Assembly: GCA_032718475.1 (NCBI GenBank)
Contig: JAUCBJ010008366.1
Location: 8,101 to 72,100, forward strand
Direction of reading: 5' to 3'
Length of the DNA: 64,000 bases
From: Nemertoderma westbladi
Lineage: Eukaryota > Animalia > Xenacoelomorpha
Shown: piece after piece, positions 1 to 12,405 of the stretch
Layout of the letters: each line of letters begins with the position of its first letter
Position numbering within the stretch: position 1 is the stretch's first letter
Notes under the pieces: model-generated
Seen by the model: the letters and a program-made list of their open reading frames with translations, nothing else
Told to the model about the DNA's origin: nothing
Database searches by the model: none
Made by a program: the position numbers and the translations under genes

Positions 1-278
1 GTCCAGTTTCCCCCCCTTATCTGAAATGTAGTGACTATATGTAGAGGACCTGCTAAAACTGCTAGGGATACGTTCACGGTACGACCTTAAAATGATACAA
101 TACAGCTGTGCCCGTAAAATCTCGGCACTGGCAATACAATTCAACCTGAAGTAAGAACCAAAGAGCTGAATAACTTGAGGGTAACGAACTTTAGAACAGC
201 GGCATTATAGCATTTGGGAATAATGGCTGGGTAATAAGTAACTAATTCCCAAAACCCAGGCGAATTCGGTACTTATAA

Positions 279-2168
279 TATGTGTGGGGCGAGCCACGAA
301 GTTGGCGGAGCCTTAGCGAATTGACACTGTTAGGGGGTGGGTCAATTTATGCAAATAGTTGTCGTCGTCGTCGTCGTCGTCGTTGTCGTCGTCGTCGTTG
401 TCGTCGTCGTTACGATTTTGACATGCTAATAACTTTGTCGGATTTAAAGCTGCCAAGTTGAAAATTTGTAGGTATCAATATGAGCAAAAGTTGAGATTTT
501 TGAGAGACTTTCAGACACCATCAGTGCAATGGTCTCCCGCTAGAGGGCCACATGTCTAAACATTAAATGCCCTCCCATTTCTTTGCTTTTAATCCGTTTA
601 AGCTGAAACTTGGCAGATATGTATTAGACCATTAGCTGTGACTTTCAAAGGAGGCGAATCCATCTGCAGTTCTCCAGTCTGCCGCTAGAGGGCCAAAGGT
701 CTGAAAGTGAAATCGTTGTCGTCGTTACGATTTTGACATGCTAATAACTTTGTCGGATTTAAAGCTGCCAAGTTGAAAATTTGTAGGTATCAATGAGCAA
801 AAGTTGAGATTTTTGAGAGACTTTCAGACACCATCAGTGCAATGGTCTCCCGCTAGAGGGCCACATGTCTAAACATTAAATGGCCACCCATTTCTTTGCT
901 TTTAATCCGTTTAAGCTGAAACTTGGGAAGTATGTACTAGACCATTAGCTGTAAATTTCAAAGGAGGCTAATCTGTCTGCAGTTCTCCAGTCTGCCGCTA
1001 GAGGGCGAAATGTCCCGAATGTGAAATTATTCTTCCATTTAGTTGTTTATGATCTGATTACGCTGAAACTTGTCATATATGTACTAGATGACATCCTGAG
1101 TCTTTGTGTGGATTGTAATCGGTCCGAAGTTTTCCAGTCTGCCGGTAGAGGGCCACATGTCTAAACATTAAATGGCCACCCATTTCTTTGCTTTTAATCC
1201 GTTTAAGCTGAAACTTGGGAAGTATGTACTAGACCATTAGCTGTAAATTTCAAAGGAGGCTAATCTGTCTGCAGCTCTCCAGTCTGCCGCTAGAGGGCGA
1301 AATGTCCCGAATGTGAAATTATTCTTCCATTTAGTTGTTTATGATCTGATTACGCTGAAACTTGTCATATATGTACTAGATGACATCCTGAGTCTTTGTG
1401 TGGATTGTAATCGGTCCGAAGTTTTCCAGTCTGCCGGTAGAGGGCCACATGTCTAAACATTAAATGGCCACCCATTTCTTTGCTTTTAATCCGTTTAAGC
1501 TGAAACTTGGGAAGTATGTACTAGACCATTAGCTGTAAATTTCAAAGGAGGCTAATCTGTCTGCAGTTCTCCAGTCTGCCGCTAGAGGGCAAAATGTCCC
1601 GAAAGTGAAATTAATCTCCCATTTAGTTATTTATGATCTGATCAAGCTGAAACTTGTCATATATGTACTAGAAGACATCCTAAGTCTTTGTGTGGACAGT
1701 AATCGGTCCGGAGTTTTCGAGTCTGCCGCTAGAGGGCGAAATGTAGGAAAGTGATAACCTTCACGAATTCCTTGATCTTAATCTATTTAAGCTGAATTTT
1801 GGAATATACAGTACCGGTATGTACTAGACCACATGCCTCGTCTTTGTGAGGAAGGTGATCGATCCGTAGTTCTTTAATATGCCGCTAGGGGGCTAAATGT
1901 ATGAAAGTGAAAACCTTCCAACATTTCGTTATTTATGATCCGTCAATCGGAAACTTGGTAGATATGTAATAGACCATAGGCTGTGGCTTTGTAGGGAAAC
2001 TAATCCTTCCTTCTTCAGTTACCCAGTCTCCCGCTAGAGGGTTAACGTTTTCCGGGAAAATCTTCTCCTATGTTTTTATAATCCTTTCGAGTTGATACTT
2101 AGCATTAACTCATTTCACGTGCTGCGCGAAGGCCCCACTTCGTGTATAGGTAGTAGATACTACAATAT
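279..2168 (+). mobile_element. Helentron-associated/DINE-1-like non-autonomous element (HINE-type) with internal ~150-bp tandem repeats
   Basis: Subterminal inverted motif GTGGGGC (284-290) / GCCCCAC (2132-2138); (GTC)n microsatellite at ~360-410; ~11 diverged ~145-155-bp internal units; short 3' hairpin. A related 5' head occurs at ~29265-29420. Ends approximate. Confidence 0.55.
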
Positions 2169-2525
2169 TATAGTATCTTTAATGAACCATCCTGGGAAAA
2201 CATCAACTATTAGATGCTTTTGTATTCCCTTGAGAAGAAAGGCAAAACTGCTGGGCAATATGGAAAGAAGTTAAACATCTTTAATGAAGGACCGTTTACT
2301 TAATTAACGTGGCAGGTTTTTGGGAAACTTTTGGTCAGCAACCAAAGTTGCTTACCTAGTTGTTTACAAATTCGCCCAAAAATTGCCATGTGTAATGAAA
2401 CTGCCCCCCCCCCCCCCCGGGGTTGCTGGAATGCTTTCCTCAGAAAATGATACCGTTCAATCCATGTAAATACTACTACAAAGATTAAATGCAACAAAGA
2501 TAGAATAACGTCGAATTACCTTTAC

Positions 2526-2582
2526 CTTTGTTACCGTCCTATAACGACTTAATGGCGCAAAATGACCGCAAACATCAACCAT
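2526..2582 (-). CDS. Possible downstream exon of the zinc-finger gene (MVDVCGHFAPLSRYRTVTK)
   Basis: AATCAG| acceptor and AAG|GTAAAG donor; 57 nt, open in phase 0, compatible with exon 5640-5754. No homology support. Confidence 0.3.
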
Positions 2583-2796
2583 CTGATTAATTAGTGTGTT
2601 TAATGAAACTTAATTTTATTTAATTTAAAACATTTAAGAGAAATTATTAGGTCACAGTATCGGTGTTTTCTATAACCAAAACAGTAAACAAAACTTTATT
2701 TAATACGCGACCAATGTGCACTAGAGTATAGTGAATGGAGATTACTTTTTCAATTACAACCAATGTACGCCACTATTTGCCTACAACTTACCTCAT

Positions 2797-2987
2797 TTCT
2801 GCACAATCAGAATGAACATTTCATCACAGTAGTGATACAGTAAAGAATAAATAGAGTTAATAATAGGTGTAACAATGTAACAACTGTCTAGAGAACCCAG
2901 ATAGAGGTACGTTGTTATACCCTAACTCTAGTACTCATTACCGCTACGAGAATGGATGAGTCCACATTGGTCATCATATTGGCAGAA
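2797..2987 (-). ncRNA. Long (~190 nt) box C/D snoRNA candidate, family CD1 copy a
   Basis: Minus strand: TTCTGCCAA stem, box C ATGATGA, internal hairpins, C'-like GTGATGA, box D CTGA, then TTGTGCAGAA closing the stem. Near-identical copies elsewhere in the window. Confidence 0.75.
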
Positions 2988-3049
2988 AGGTTCGTGAGAA
3001 GAGACACGGATTATATTGAAAAATGTTGAGACATGAAAAATACCGCAAG

Positions 3050-3656
3050 TAAAAAAATCGAGAGTAAAAATATCGAGAGTAAAAGTACGAGAGAGTAAAA
3101 ATATCGCGAGTAAAAAAATCGAGAGTAAAAATATCGAGAGTAAAAATATCGAGAGTAAAAGTAGAGAGAGTAAAAATATCGCGAGTAAAAATATCGAGAG
3201 TAAAAATATCGAGAGTAAAAGTAGAGAGAGTAAAAATATCGCGAGTAAAAAAATCGAGAGTAAAAATATCGAGAGTAAAAATATCGAGAGTAAAAGTAGA
3301 GAGAGTAAAATAGAGAAAGTAAAATATCGCGAGTAAAAAAAATCGAGAGTAAAAATATCGAGAGTAAAAAAATCGAGAGTAAAAATATCGAGAGTAAAAA
3401 TATCGAGAGTAAAAATATCGAGAGTAAAAGTAGAGAGAGTAAAAATATCGCGAGTAAAAATATCGAGAGTAAAAATATCGAGAGTAAAAATATCGAGAGT
3501 AAAAATATCGAGAGTAAAAATATCGAGAGTAAAAAAATCGAGAGTAAAAATATCGAGAGTAAAAATATCGCGAGTAAAAATATCGAGAGTAAAAATATCG
3601 AGAGTAAAAGTAGCGAGAGTAAAAAAATCGAGAGTAAAAATATCGAAAGTAAAATT
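3050..3656. repeat. 15-bp minisatellite (AAAAATATCGAGAGT) x ~40
   Basis: Directly visible tandem array; explains the spurious LLSIF ORF. Confidence 0.95.
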
Positions 3657-4370
3657 AGCAATAATTTATGGAATAAAACATTAGCTATACACTGAAAAAA
3701 CTAAGTAACGGGTTTTAGTTTAAACTTGCAGTTTCCAATTGTAACCACCAATAGTTATGACTGTGCGTGCACCTCAGGTTTAAATTCATTAACCTTGAAA
3801 TACCAAATAAACCGCGAAACTGGAACTTCAAAAAAACTGCTGGTTATAATACTACTAAACAGGAGTTTTAAATATAAGTTAAAAACCCATGTGTTTTCAA
3901 TATTGTCCACCCATCAGTGGTTTTAAAATGGGAAAAAAAAACCATTGATAATTTTCGACAAGAACCACGGCGAGTAAAAACCTGTGGATTATAGTTTTAT
4001 AACGCTGAAAGAAAACCAATTTGGGCTACGGTAAAAACTCTATAAATGCAATTATCATGATTATAACGGATTTAAAAGATCCTGGAAATTCGGACCCATA
4101 AAAAATTAATTTTTAAAAATGAGTCCGAATTGTTCCATCCACTTTATCATAATTTACCAAATCGGGCCTTCGCGCAGCACATGAGATGAACTTATATTAA
4201 GTAACAATTCGAAAGGATTATAAACCACATAACCCCCCTAGCTGAAGTTAATTCGAAGGGGGGATGAGCATGTTAGAGTGGCGGTATTTCCTAACCGAAA
4301 CAATAAACAAAAGTTTTCTTTAATATGCGATAAATTTGGGCTGGGGAATACATTTTGAATTAAGGAAAAT

Positions 4371-4452
4371 TTCTGCGCAATCAGAAGGAACATTTCATCA
4401 GAGTAGTGATACAGTAAAGAATAAATAGAGTTAATATAGGTGTAACAATGTA
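4371..4452 (-). pseudogene. Truncated CD1 copy b (box D half only)
   Basis: Matches the 3' ~80 nt of CD1, then is cut by a piggyBac-like MITE fragment; no box C. Confidence 0.65.
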
Positions 4453-5235
4453 TGGAATATTTATGGAATATATAATTATCGAACTAGACATCTCAAACTT
4501 GTATTTTTTGGAAGTGGGTGCAAAATGTGGTGCTAGCACCAAATTTTGAAAACCATCAAATATTGTTTCTTGAGTTATACGGGTTTATGAGGGTCCTGAA
4601 TCCGATGGAATCAATAAAAACAGCACTGGACATCGCAAACTTGTACTTTTTGGTGATGGGTACGAAATTTGGTGCTAGCACCAAAATTTGCCCAATTACG
4701 CCGAAAAATACAAGTAGCAATGATCTGGCATATTAGAAATGTATTCCAATAGAATCAGCGCCCTAGAAAACCTGAAAATGTGAATTTCTAGCATCGTATA
4801 AGTGAATTTAAAAATTTTGTGTTCTAACTGAAAAGTGCTGCTTACTTGTTTTTTTTCATTTTTTTCCTACGAAGAGAGGACTAAACAGCCATTTATAGTA
4901 ATCATATAATTTTTAAATATTTTCCAATGTATTTTGCGCCCCAGAAAACCTGTATTGAAAAACAATTAGCCGATAAATGTAACTTTCAAATTTTGTGAAA
5001 ATTGTGCACTACTTGTAATTTTGGTGCTGCAATATAACCACACCCCAGTACATTTTTTAGAAATTTTTTTTCGGTCGGATCCAGACTAGTGATACCTACG
5101 TACAAACAAAAAATCAGACGTTTTCGTAAAAATTTGTAGATTTTAGGGGGGGGGGGGGGGGGGGTCGTCAATATGACCCCCCCCCCCCCCCCCCCCGGTA
5201 TTTGTACAACATTTTATGGCCCGGTACTAATAGGG
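4453..5235 (+). mobile_element. Right part of a piggyBac-like (TTAA) MITE
   Basis: Ends ...CCCGGTACTAATAGGG|TTAA; colinear with the right half of the full copy at 60639-62200. Confidence 0.8.
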
Positions 5236-5432
5236 TTAAGGAAACTTAATTTTATTTAATTTAAAACATTTAAGAGAAATTATTAGGTCACAGTATCGGT
5301 GTATTCTATAACCAAAACAGTAAACAAAACTTTATTTAATACGCGACCAATGTGCACTGGAGTATAGTGAATGGAGATTACTTTTTCAATTACAACCAAT
5401 GTACGCCACTATTTGCCTATAACTTACCTTAT

Positions 5433-5622
5433 TTCTGCTCAATCAGAAGGAACATTTCATCAGAGTAGTGATACAGTAAAGAATAAATAGAGTTAATATA
5501 GGTGTAACAATGTAACAACTGTCTAGAGAACCCAGATAGAGGTACGTTGTTATACCCTAACTCTAGTACTCATTACCGCTACGAGAATGGATGAGTCCAC
5601 ATTGGTCATCATATTGGCAGAA
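5433..5622 (-). ncRNA. CD1 box C/D snoRNA candidate, copy c
   Basis: Same boxes and terminal stem as copy a; starts ~17 nt after the putative donor at 5639. Confidence 0.75.
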
Positions 5623-5639
5623 GTGTTTGTAAAACTAAC

Positions 5640-5754
5640 TAAAAATAAAGTCTTCTCGTCCAGTAAATCCGATACTTCTGGATTTAGGACCTCGACGGCC
5701 CCAATATCGTCCAAAGGTCTGTCTCTAATAACTCTTAAACTTTCTCCTCCAAGA
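5640..5754 (-). CDS. Possible downstream exon (LGGESLRVIRDRPLDDIGAVEVLNPEVSDLLDEKTLFL)
   Basis: GTTATTCCAG| acceptor, TTA|GTTAGT donor, open frame (1+114 nt), unique sequence of higher GC than its flanks. Confidence 0.45.
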
Positions 5755-6294
5755 CTGGAATAACAATCTCCCTACTTTAATAAACCGCCAGTATCCCTAA
5801 GGTCGCGTCTAGAATTTATCTGTGTAGAGCAGTGGTTTTTAGAGCTCGTTTCGTGATTGCATAATTAATATAATAGAACTATATTTTAATGACTAAATGT
5901 CATTTAATATCATATTTATACATATTACATTATATGACATTTAAATGTCATATTAGACCTTTTCCTTTATTAACCTCGCTTGCGCTCGGTAAATAAAATA
6001 CCCGAGAATAGTGAAAATAAGTTAAACTTTTTCCCATGTAATACGTAATTTTATTCTGTTTAGAATTTTACTGATGATTTTCATTAATACCACTCAATCT
6101 TCCCGCGAAAATTTACCTCGCTCAATCTTTGGTACGATCTTCTAATTAACATTCAATGGTCCTGGCTGGGTCCCCCCTGACACACCCAAATAATGGCACT
6201 GGTACTGAACCATGAAAGAGATTAAAAGAGTTCCTGTATTTATAAATTTAAAAAGGAAATAAAGAATTGGACGTAAATAAGTAAATAATACGGC

Positions 6295-6386
6295 TCTGGT
6301 CAGATAAGATCATGCACTTCTTATAAATCGCTTTGAAGTTCACCGCAATAAAGTTAGCTCAGGTAAATATTTGTCATCATTCCAGA
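6295..6386 (-). ncRNA. Box C/D snoRNA candidate, family CD2 copy 1
   Basis: TCTGG-A-ATGATGA (C) ... CTGA (D') ... CTGA (D)-CCAGA, with a perfect 5-bp terminal stem. Diverged paralog at 12870-12963. Confidence 0.8.
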
Positions 6387-7123
6387 AGCCGTGTACCACT
6401 TATGCGCTGAAAATTTCATTTTCTCTCCATGAAAACTAAATATATTTTTAGCGTTTTATGTCACCACCGTTAGAACAATTAGAAAAGATAAAGCAATTAA
6501 GAACAACAAACCAATATCTATTGTACCACCAACTAACCCGGAGGTGCAGTTTGCTTCAAAATTTCAGAAAATTCAATACTTACGAAATGCCACGTGTCCA
6601 GCAATGTCGGAACCACAAACGTTTTTAAATTGTTGATGATACATTTTATTATCGAATCATCAATATCTTTCGGCCTTTTTAACTTCTTACAGTTGCGCGT
6701 TTTAATAAAAATAATAATAAATTGAAGTAAATAATAAAGAGACCAAAATCCCGCTGTTTTTAAAAAGATATATTTATTTCGATAATTTTCGAGTTGGCAT
6801 TACTCTTAATCATGCTATTATTGTAGCTCTATTGTTGCACGTTTTAATATATTAACAAAAATGTACAATAATTACACTTGACTCATTGGCCATGGTTTGG
6901 AATCAGCATGGTCCAACTAGGTGAAAAAATTAAAGCAGACTTTAGGTTTCGAATGTTCCAGAAAAAAACCGCTATTTTTCACAATGAATTTAAGATTTAA
7001 AAAAAGCCCTGCTTTTTTATCGAATGACAAATTTAGCAGATGTAAAATTTATCTACTACAAATTGTCAACTTTCAATTGTCAATATTAACATCAACATTA
7101 ACATTAATTATACTTATGTGTAA

Positions 7124-8625
7124 GTGACTTATGCAGAAGTGAAGGCTGCTGCAAAGAGCATTAAGACCAATCGTGCCAGTGGAGTAGATGGTGTTCCCCC
7201 TGAGGTCTTTAAAATACCTGGAGTGTTTAAAGCTCATCTATCCCATCATAGTAGACATACCGAACATCAAGAGTCCCACAAGAAATGAAAACAAATAAGT
7301 TGGTGCCAGTTCCCAAGAAGGGCAACCTAACACTCTATGGTTCTTTTCGGGGAATCTCATTGATCTCGATTGCTGCAAAGCTATACAATAGAATTCTATT
7401 AAATCGCATCAGGGATCCCATTGAGAGACTGCTCCGTGGAAATCAGAATGGATTCCGTAAAGGTCGTGGGACCATGGAACCCATTTTGGCACTTAGAAGG
7501 ATAATTGAAGAGTTATCAAAAAAGAAAGACAGGCATTGCAGCAATCAGATCAGTATACGTTGGTTCGACAACATTTGTGTCTACTGTTGATGGTGACACA
7601 GAACCATTTGAAGTATTATGGCGCGTCCTCCAGGGAGACACACTTGCACCATTCTTGTTCATAATTGTGGTTGACTATGTTCTACGCATGTCCTTAGATC
7701 ATCATAATGATGATGGGGTGATGATAACTCCACCTACTGGCTCCAGAAGTCGAGGAAATCCTGCCAAGTACCTAACTGATCTAGACTTTGCTGATGACTT
7801 AGGAGTACTCTCAGAATCACTAGAGGGAGCCCAACGGCTCCTCAGCTCATTAGAACATGTTGCTTCTAGTGTTGGTCTTTTTATTAACTCCAGAAAGACC
7901 AAAATTTTGACAGTTAACTTTGAAAGTTCTCAGCAAGTCTCTGATCGGATGAGCATAAGCTCAAAGGATGGTATGCTTGAGCATGTGGATGACTTCTGTT
8001 ACCTGGGATCATGGATCCGAAAGTCAGGTGAGGACCTTCGAATACGTAAGGGAAAGGCATGGGCAGCCTTGAATAGGCTTTCCAGGATTTGGAAGTCACC
8101 GAGAATTAATCGGAAACTTAAGGTCCGATTATTTAGAGCAGCAGTAGTTCCAGTACTCCTCTATGGGAGTCCATGCTGGGCTCTAACTGCTGAGGACACC
8201 AAATCTCTGGATGGCACATTCACAAGAATGCTACGCCGGGTTCATTGTGTCAAGTACAATGCACAGGCACACATCTCCAACCAGACACTATATAACATTG
8301 GAGTTGTCTCATTGGTTCCCCCAAGCTTGACACTAGAACAAAATCGCCTCCGCTTTGCAGGACATTGCTTTCGCCGTGAGGACCAGCCAGTGCATAATCT
8401 TGTACTTTGGCAGCCTCATGGAGTGAATAAGCATGGTGGACAGCAGGACAGCCCATGACTTTCTTGAGACGCATCTTAAAGGACACTGGCCTTGAAGATG
8501 CGGATGATCTAGCAAATGTCATGGGTGATAGGGAGTTGTGGCGGCGCAATTTTGTCGACAAGCCGGCACAGATTTCTTAAAAATGCAGCTGCAATGCAGC
8601 ATGCCGATATTAGTAGTAGTAGTAG
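7124..8625 (+). mobile_element. 5'-truncated RTE-clade LINE (RT fragment, frameshifted/deleted)
   Basis: ORFs 7285-7590 and 7505-8458 with FRGISL, QNGFR, QGDTLAPFLF, LDFADD, YLGS motifs; (TAG)n tail; 15-bp TSD TATACTTATGTGTAA at 7109-7123 and 8626-8640. Confidence 0.92.
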
Positions 8626-8728
8626 TATACTTATGTGTAATTTTGATATGAAGTATCGGAAGAAAGAAATAAATATGTTAATGTTAATGTTGTCAACAAG
8701 TGTGTGTGCGACCTACAACTTAACTAAT

Positions 8729-8918
8729 TTCTGCGCAATCAGAATGAACATTTCATCACAGTAGTGATACAGTAAAGAATAAATAGAGTTAATATAGGTG
8801 TAACAATGTAACAACTGTCTAGAGAACCCAGATAGAGGTACGTTGTTATACCCTAACTCTAGTACTCATTACCGCTACGAGAATGGATGAGTCCACATTG
8901 GTCATCATATTGGCAGAA
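8729..8918 (-). ncRNA. CD1 box C/D snoRNA candidate, copy d
   Basis: Same boxes and stem as copy a. Confidence 0.7.
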
Positions 8919-9650
8919 AGGTTCGTGAGAAGAGACACGGATTATATTGAAAAATGTAAGTAGTAAAAAAATCGAGAGTAAAAATATCGCGAGTAAAAAT
9001 ATCAAAAGTAAAATTAGCTATAATTTATGGAATAAAACATTAGCTACACTGAAAAAACTAAGTAACGGGTTTTAGTTTAAACTTGCAGTTTCCAATTGTA
9101 ACCACCAATAGTTATGACTGTGCACCTCAGGTTTAAATTCATTAACCTTGAAATACCAAATAAACCGCGAAACTGGAACTTCAAAAAAACTGCTGGTTAT
9201 AATAGTACTAAACATGAGTTTTAAATATAAGTTAAAAAACCCATGTGTTTTTAATATTGTCCACCCAGTGGTTTTAAAATTGGAAAAAAAAACCATTGAT
9301 AATTTTCGACAAGAACCACGGCGAGTAAAAACCTGTAGATTATAGTTTTATAACGCTGAAAGAAAACCAATTTGGGCTGCGGGAGAAAACTCTATAAGTG
9401 CAATTATCATGATATAACGAATTTAAAATCTTAGGGGTGGGATAGTTCATAAACTACGTATCCTAATTTGGCCAATTTATTACACCACACCGCGGTGACT
9501 AATAAGTTTTTTGTGTGACACCAAAACTATTACGATACGACCATAGATTGTTCTGAGTGGCAGTGTTTCCTAACCGAAACAATAAACAAAAGTTTTATTT
9601 AATATGCGACAAATTTGGGCTGGGGAATACATTTTGAATTAAGGAAAAAT

Positions 9651-9840
9651 TTCTGCGCAATCAGAAGGAACATTTCATCACAGTAGTGATACAGTAAAGA
9701 ATAAATAGAGTTAATATAGGTGTAACAATGTAACAACTGTCTAGAGAACCCAGATAGAGGTACGTTGTTATACCCTAACTCTAGTACTCATTACCGCTAC
9801 GAGAATGGATGAGTCCACATTGGTCATCATATTGGCAGAA
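9651..9840 (-). ncRNA. CD1 box C/D snoRNA candidate, copy e
   Basis: Same boxes and stem as copy a. Confidence 0.7.
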
Positions 9841-10084
9841 GTGTCCGCGTTGAGTGGATGAAGAAGACGTGGTTCACCAGAAACTCAGCTCCGCTTATGT
9901 CAGCTATGGAACTCAGTTGTTACAAAACTTAGAAGAATTTCCGACGAATATTGGCATTTTTAGAAATAAAATGGCTGACCGAGTGATTTGCGATTTAATG
10001 TTTTGTTTCTGAATAAAAATATCGCAAATAAAAATATCGCGAGTAAAAATATAAATATTGTTTATAATCTTTTCAAGCTGAAAC

Positions 10085-10530
10085 ATGAGACTAACTCGGT
10101 CGAGCTCGGACAGTGGAAATGAGATCCTTCCAGGATTCCCGATTCTCCATAGTTGTCGCAATTTCGTTTCTCCTAAGTTCAGTATCCCTTTCAAGTTGAT
10201 CTATATATGTTATGGCCGGTCGTCCACGACTACGCTTTCCATGAGTTGGTTGCCAGAGAAGTAGATCTGGTATGGCCTCGTCTTTACTTCGCCACCAGTG
10301 CCCACTGAATCTTAATCTGCGTTCACGGAGGGTGGTTGATACAGGCGGTATTGTACCATAAAGCTCAGCGTTTATCATGTGTTGCCTCCACTTAATGTTT
10401 AAGACTACCCTTAGTATATATAGTCTTGTGTAGCAACCATCAATTAGTTGTTCAAGTGATTTCATCAGTACCCAAGTCTCATTCCCGTATAAAAGTACAC
10501 ATTCCACTGTGGCTCGATAGAACGTAGTCC
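10085..10530 (-). mobile_element. 3' fragment of a second RTE-like LINE
   Basis: ORF 10091-10507 with LLYGNETW, RRLRFSGHWWR and GKRSRGRP motifs typical of RTE C-termini. Confidence 0.85.
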
Positions 10531-10590
10531 TCAGGTGCCTCGTGTCTTGTGAGATCTGATTACAGCATATTTTCTGCTGCTATCTCCATT

Positions 10591-11205
10591 GGGGATGCAA
10601 CAGAGCTCCGGCTCCGGCTCCGGCTCTGGAACTCCGGGCCAATTTTCTGACTCCGTCTCTGGTTCCGGCCCCGGGCAAATTCATCCGGAGCCAATCCGGA
10701 GCTTAAATGTTGTTGAAATTCGAATTAAAATAATAAATTATATTCTTGAATTGTTACTTTTTCGCTAGAATAAACCTCAAAATCGGGAGAAATTGGAATG
10801 CTTTTCCCCTAGGGCAAAAAAGTAACCTATAGGATTGCTGGCGCAATTAACAGCTGACTGCCGGCGCAATTAACAGCTGATTACTGAAAAATATAACTGT
10901 AACCTTTTCTATTGAATTTAGTTTATTGTTTTGGTTAGAATAACATGCGCCCCTGTAAACTTCTCATTTCCCTTAATTGATAATTTAACATTGAGGCGAG
11001 ATATTAATTCGCCGAGTAAGAATTTACGTCAAATCCCCCCCCCCCCCCCCCTCTCTGTCCCATGAACACATATCTGTCTACTATAATATTACATTTGAAT
11101 TATCAATACCCAAATCGCCGGCTCAGGCTCCGTATCCGGCCGGAGCTCCTATTGTAACCCGGAAAACACCCGGCTCCGGATGAAATATTAGCTCAGTTGC
11201 ATTCC
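10591..11205. mobile_element. MITE with GGATGCAAC/GTTGCATTCC termini and (GCTCCG)n subterminal repeats
   Basis: Imperfect TIRs and subterminal repeats; no clear TSD. Confidence 0.55.
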
Positions 11206-11797
11206 AACTATTCATGCCCAAGGCTGCAAGGTACTGTCAAGTCGTTAATAATGATCTTTAGTTGATTATTATTATCGTATTTCATAATTAATGGTATTCT
11301 TTGTATTACATAAGCTTTAGTGGGGGGTGGGGGGGTGGGGGGGGGGGGGGGGGGGGGGTGGGGTGGGGTGTGGGTTGAGATCCTGAAAATTCGGACCCAT
11401 ACAAAATAAATTTTTAAAAATGAGTCCGAATTGTCCCATCCTCTCAATCATAATTGACCAAATCGGGCCTTCGTGCAGCACATGAGATAAAGTAACAATA
11501 TTAAGTAACAATTCGAAAGGATTATAAACCACATAACCCCCCTAGCCATAAAGACTACACTGAAAAAAGTAAGTGCCGGTCGATTTTTATAACCATTGGT
11601 TATGGATAGGTACTTGCGGTAGTGATTGGTAAACCGGGGGTTAGTATGGATCATACAAAAATGGCTGGTAGTAACCTCCGGTTACGATATTAAACCGGCG
11701 GTTTAAGATATATTGGATATATTACCTGAAACGAAACCTGTAGTCATACATAACTTAACCATAACTTTAACTTAAAAGTCGCCATAACTTAACTAAT

Positions 11798-11989
11798 TTC
11801 TGCACAATCAGAAGGAACATATCATCACAGTGTAGTGCGACAGTAAAGAATAAATAGAGTTAATATAGGTGTAACAATGTAACAACTGTCTAGAGAACCC
11901 AGATAGAGGTACGTTGTTATACCCTAACTCTAGTACTCATTACCGCTACGAGAATGGATGAGTCCACATTGGTCATCATATTGGCAGAA
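11798..11989 (-). ncRNA. CD1 box C/D snoRNA candidate, copy f (most diverged)
   Basis: Boxes and stem intact; substitutions and an indel just upstream of the C'-like box. Confidence 0.72.
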
Positions 11990-12259
11990 GTGTCCGCGTT
12001 GAGTGGATGAAGAAGACGTGGTTCACCAGAAACTCAGCTCCGCTTATGGCAGCTAGGGAACTCAGTTGTTACACAACTTAGAAGAATTTGCGACGAATAT
12101 TGGCCCTTTAGAAATAAAATAGCTGACCGAGTGATTTAGGATTTTATGTTTTGTTTCTGATTGAATCGTCTTGTGATCATAAAGTTCAGACCGACCATGT
12201 CATGTGTGAAATCCAATTACTAAAGTTAATTCTTTACACTGCACCCCAACTAAACTTAC

Positions 12260-12405
12260 AACCGACTTGTCGCAGTCCCCCAAGCACGGTATGGTGTTAC
12301 TGACTGTTTGTTACTGGGGGGACCTGTACCAGACACGATCACGTAGTTGGACTTGCGGTCCCTAACACCAAAAGATAATCTTTCTTGGCTTCGGTTCTGC
12401 CCTGT
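12260..12405 (-). CDS. Possible exon (TGQNRSQERLSFGVRDRKSNYVIVSGTGPP...)
   Basis: Strong |GTAAGT donor; open frame phase 0 to 2, compatible with its neighbours. Acceptor is weak and the segment could instead be a structured RNA. Confidence 0.3.

Noticed and set aside
1-145. Terminal exon (VELYCQCRDFTGTAVLYHFKVVP*)
   Set aside because: Plausible acceptor, but the frame is ambiguous, the window edge truncates it, and any resemblance to an RRM or zinc finger is too weak to call.
2905-2987. CCCH-like peptide (FCQYDDQCGLIH) or telomerase template (ACCCTAAC) within CD1
   Set aside because: The peptide frame is closed by an upstream stop in copies e and f and lacks the first Cys. The template-like 8-mer is on the strand opposite the C/D boxes and has no other telomerase RNA features.
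3011-3661. 216-aa LLSIF-repeat membrane protein
   Set aside because: Translation of a 15-bp minisatellite; the paralogous block has only ~3 units.
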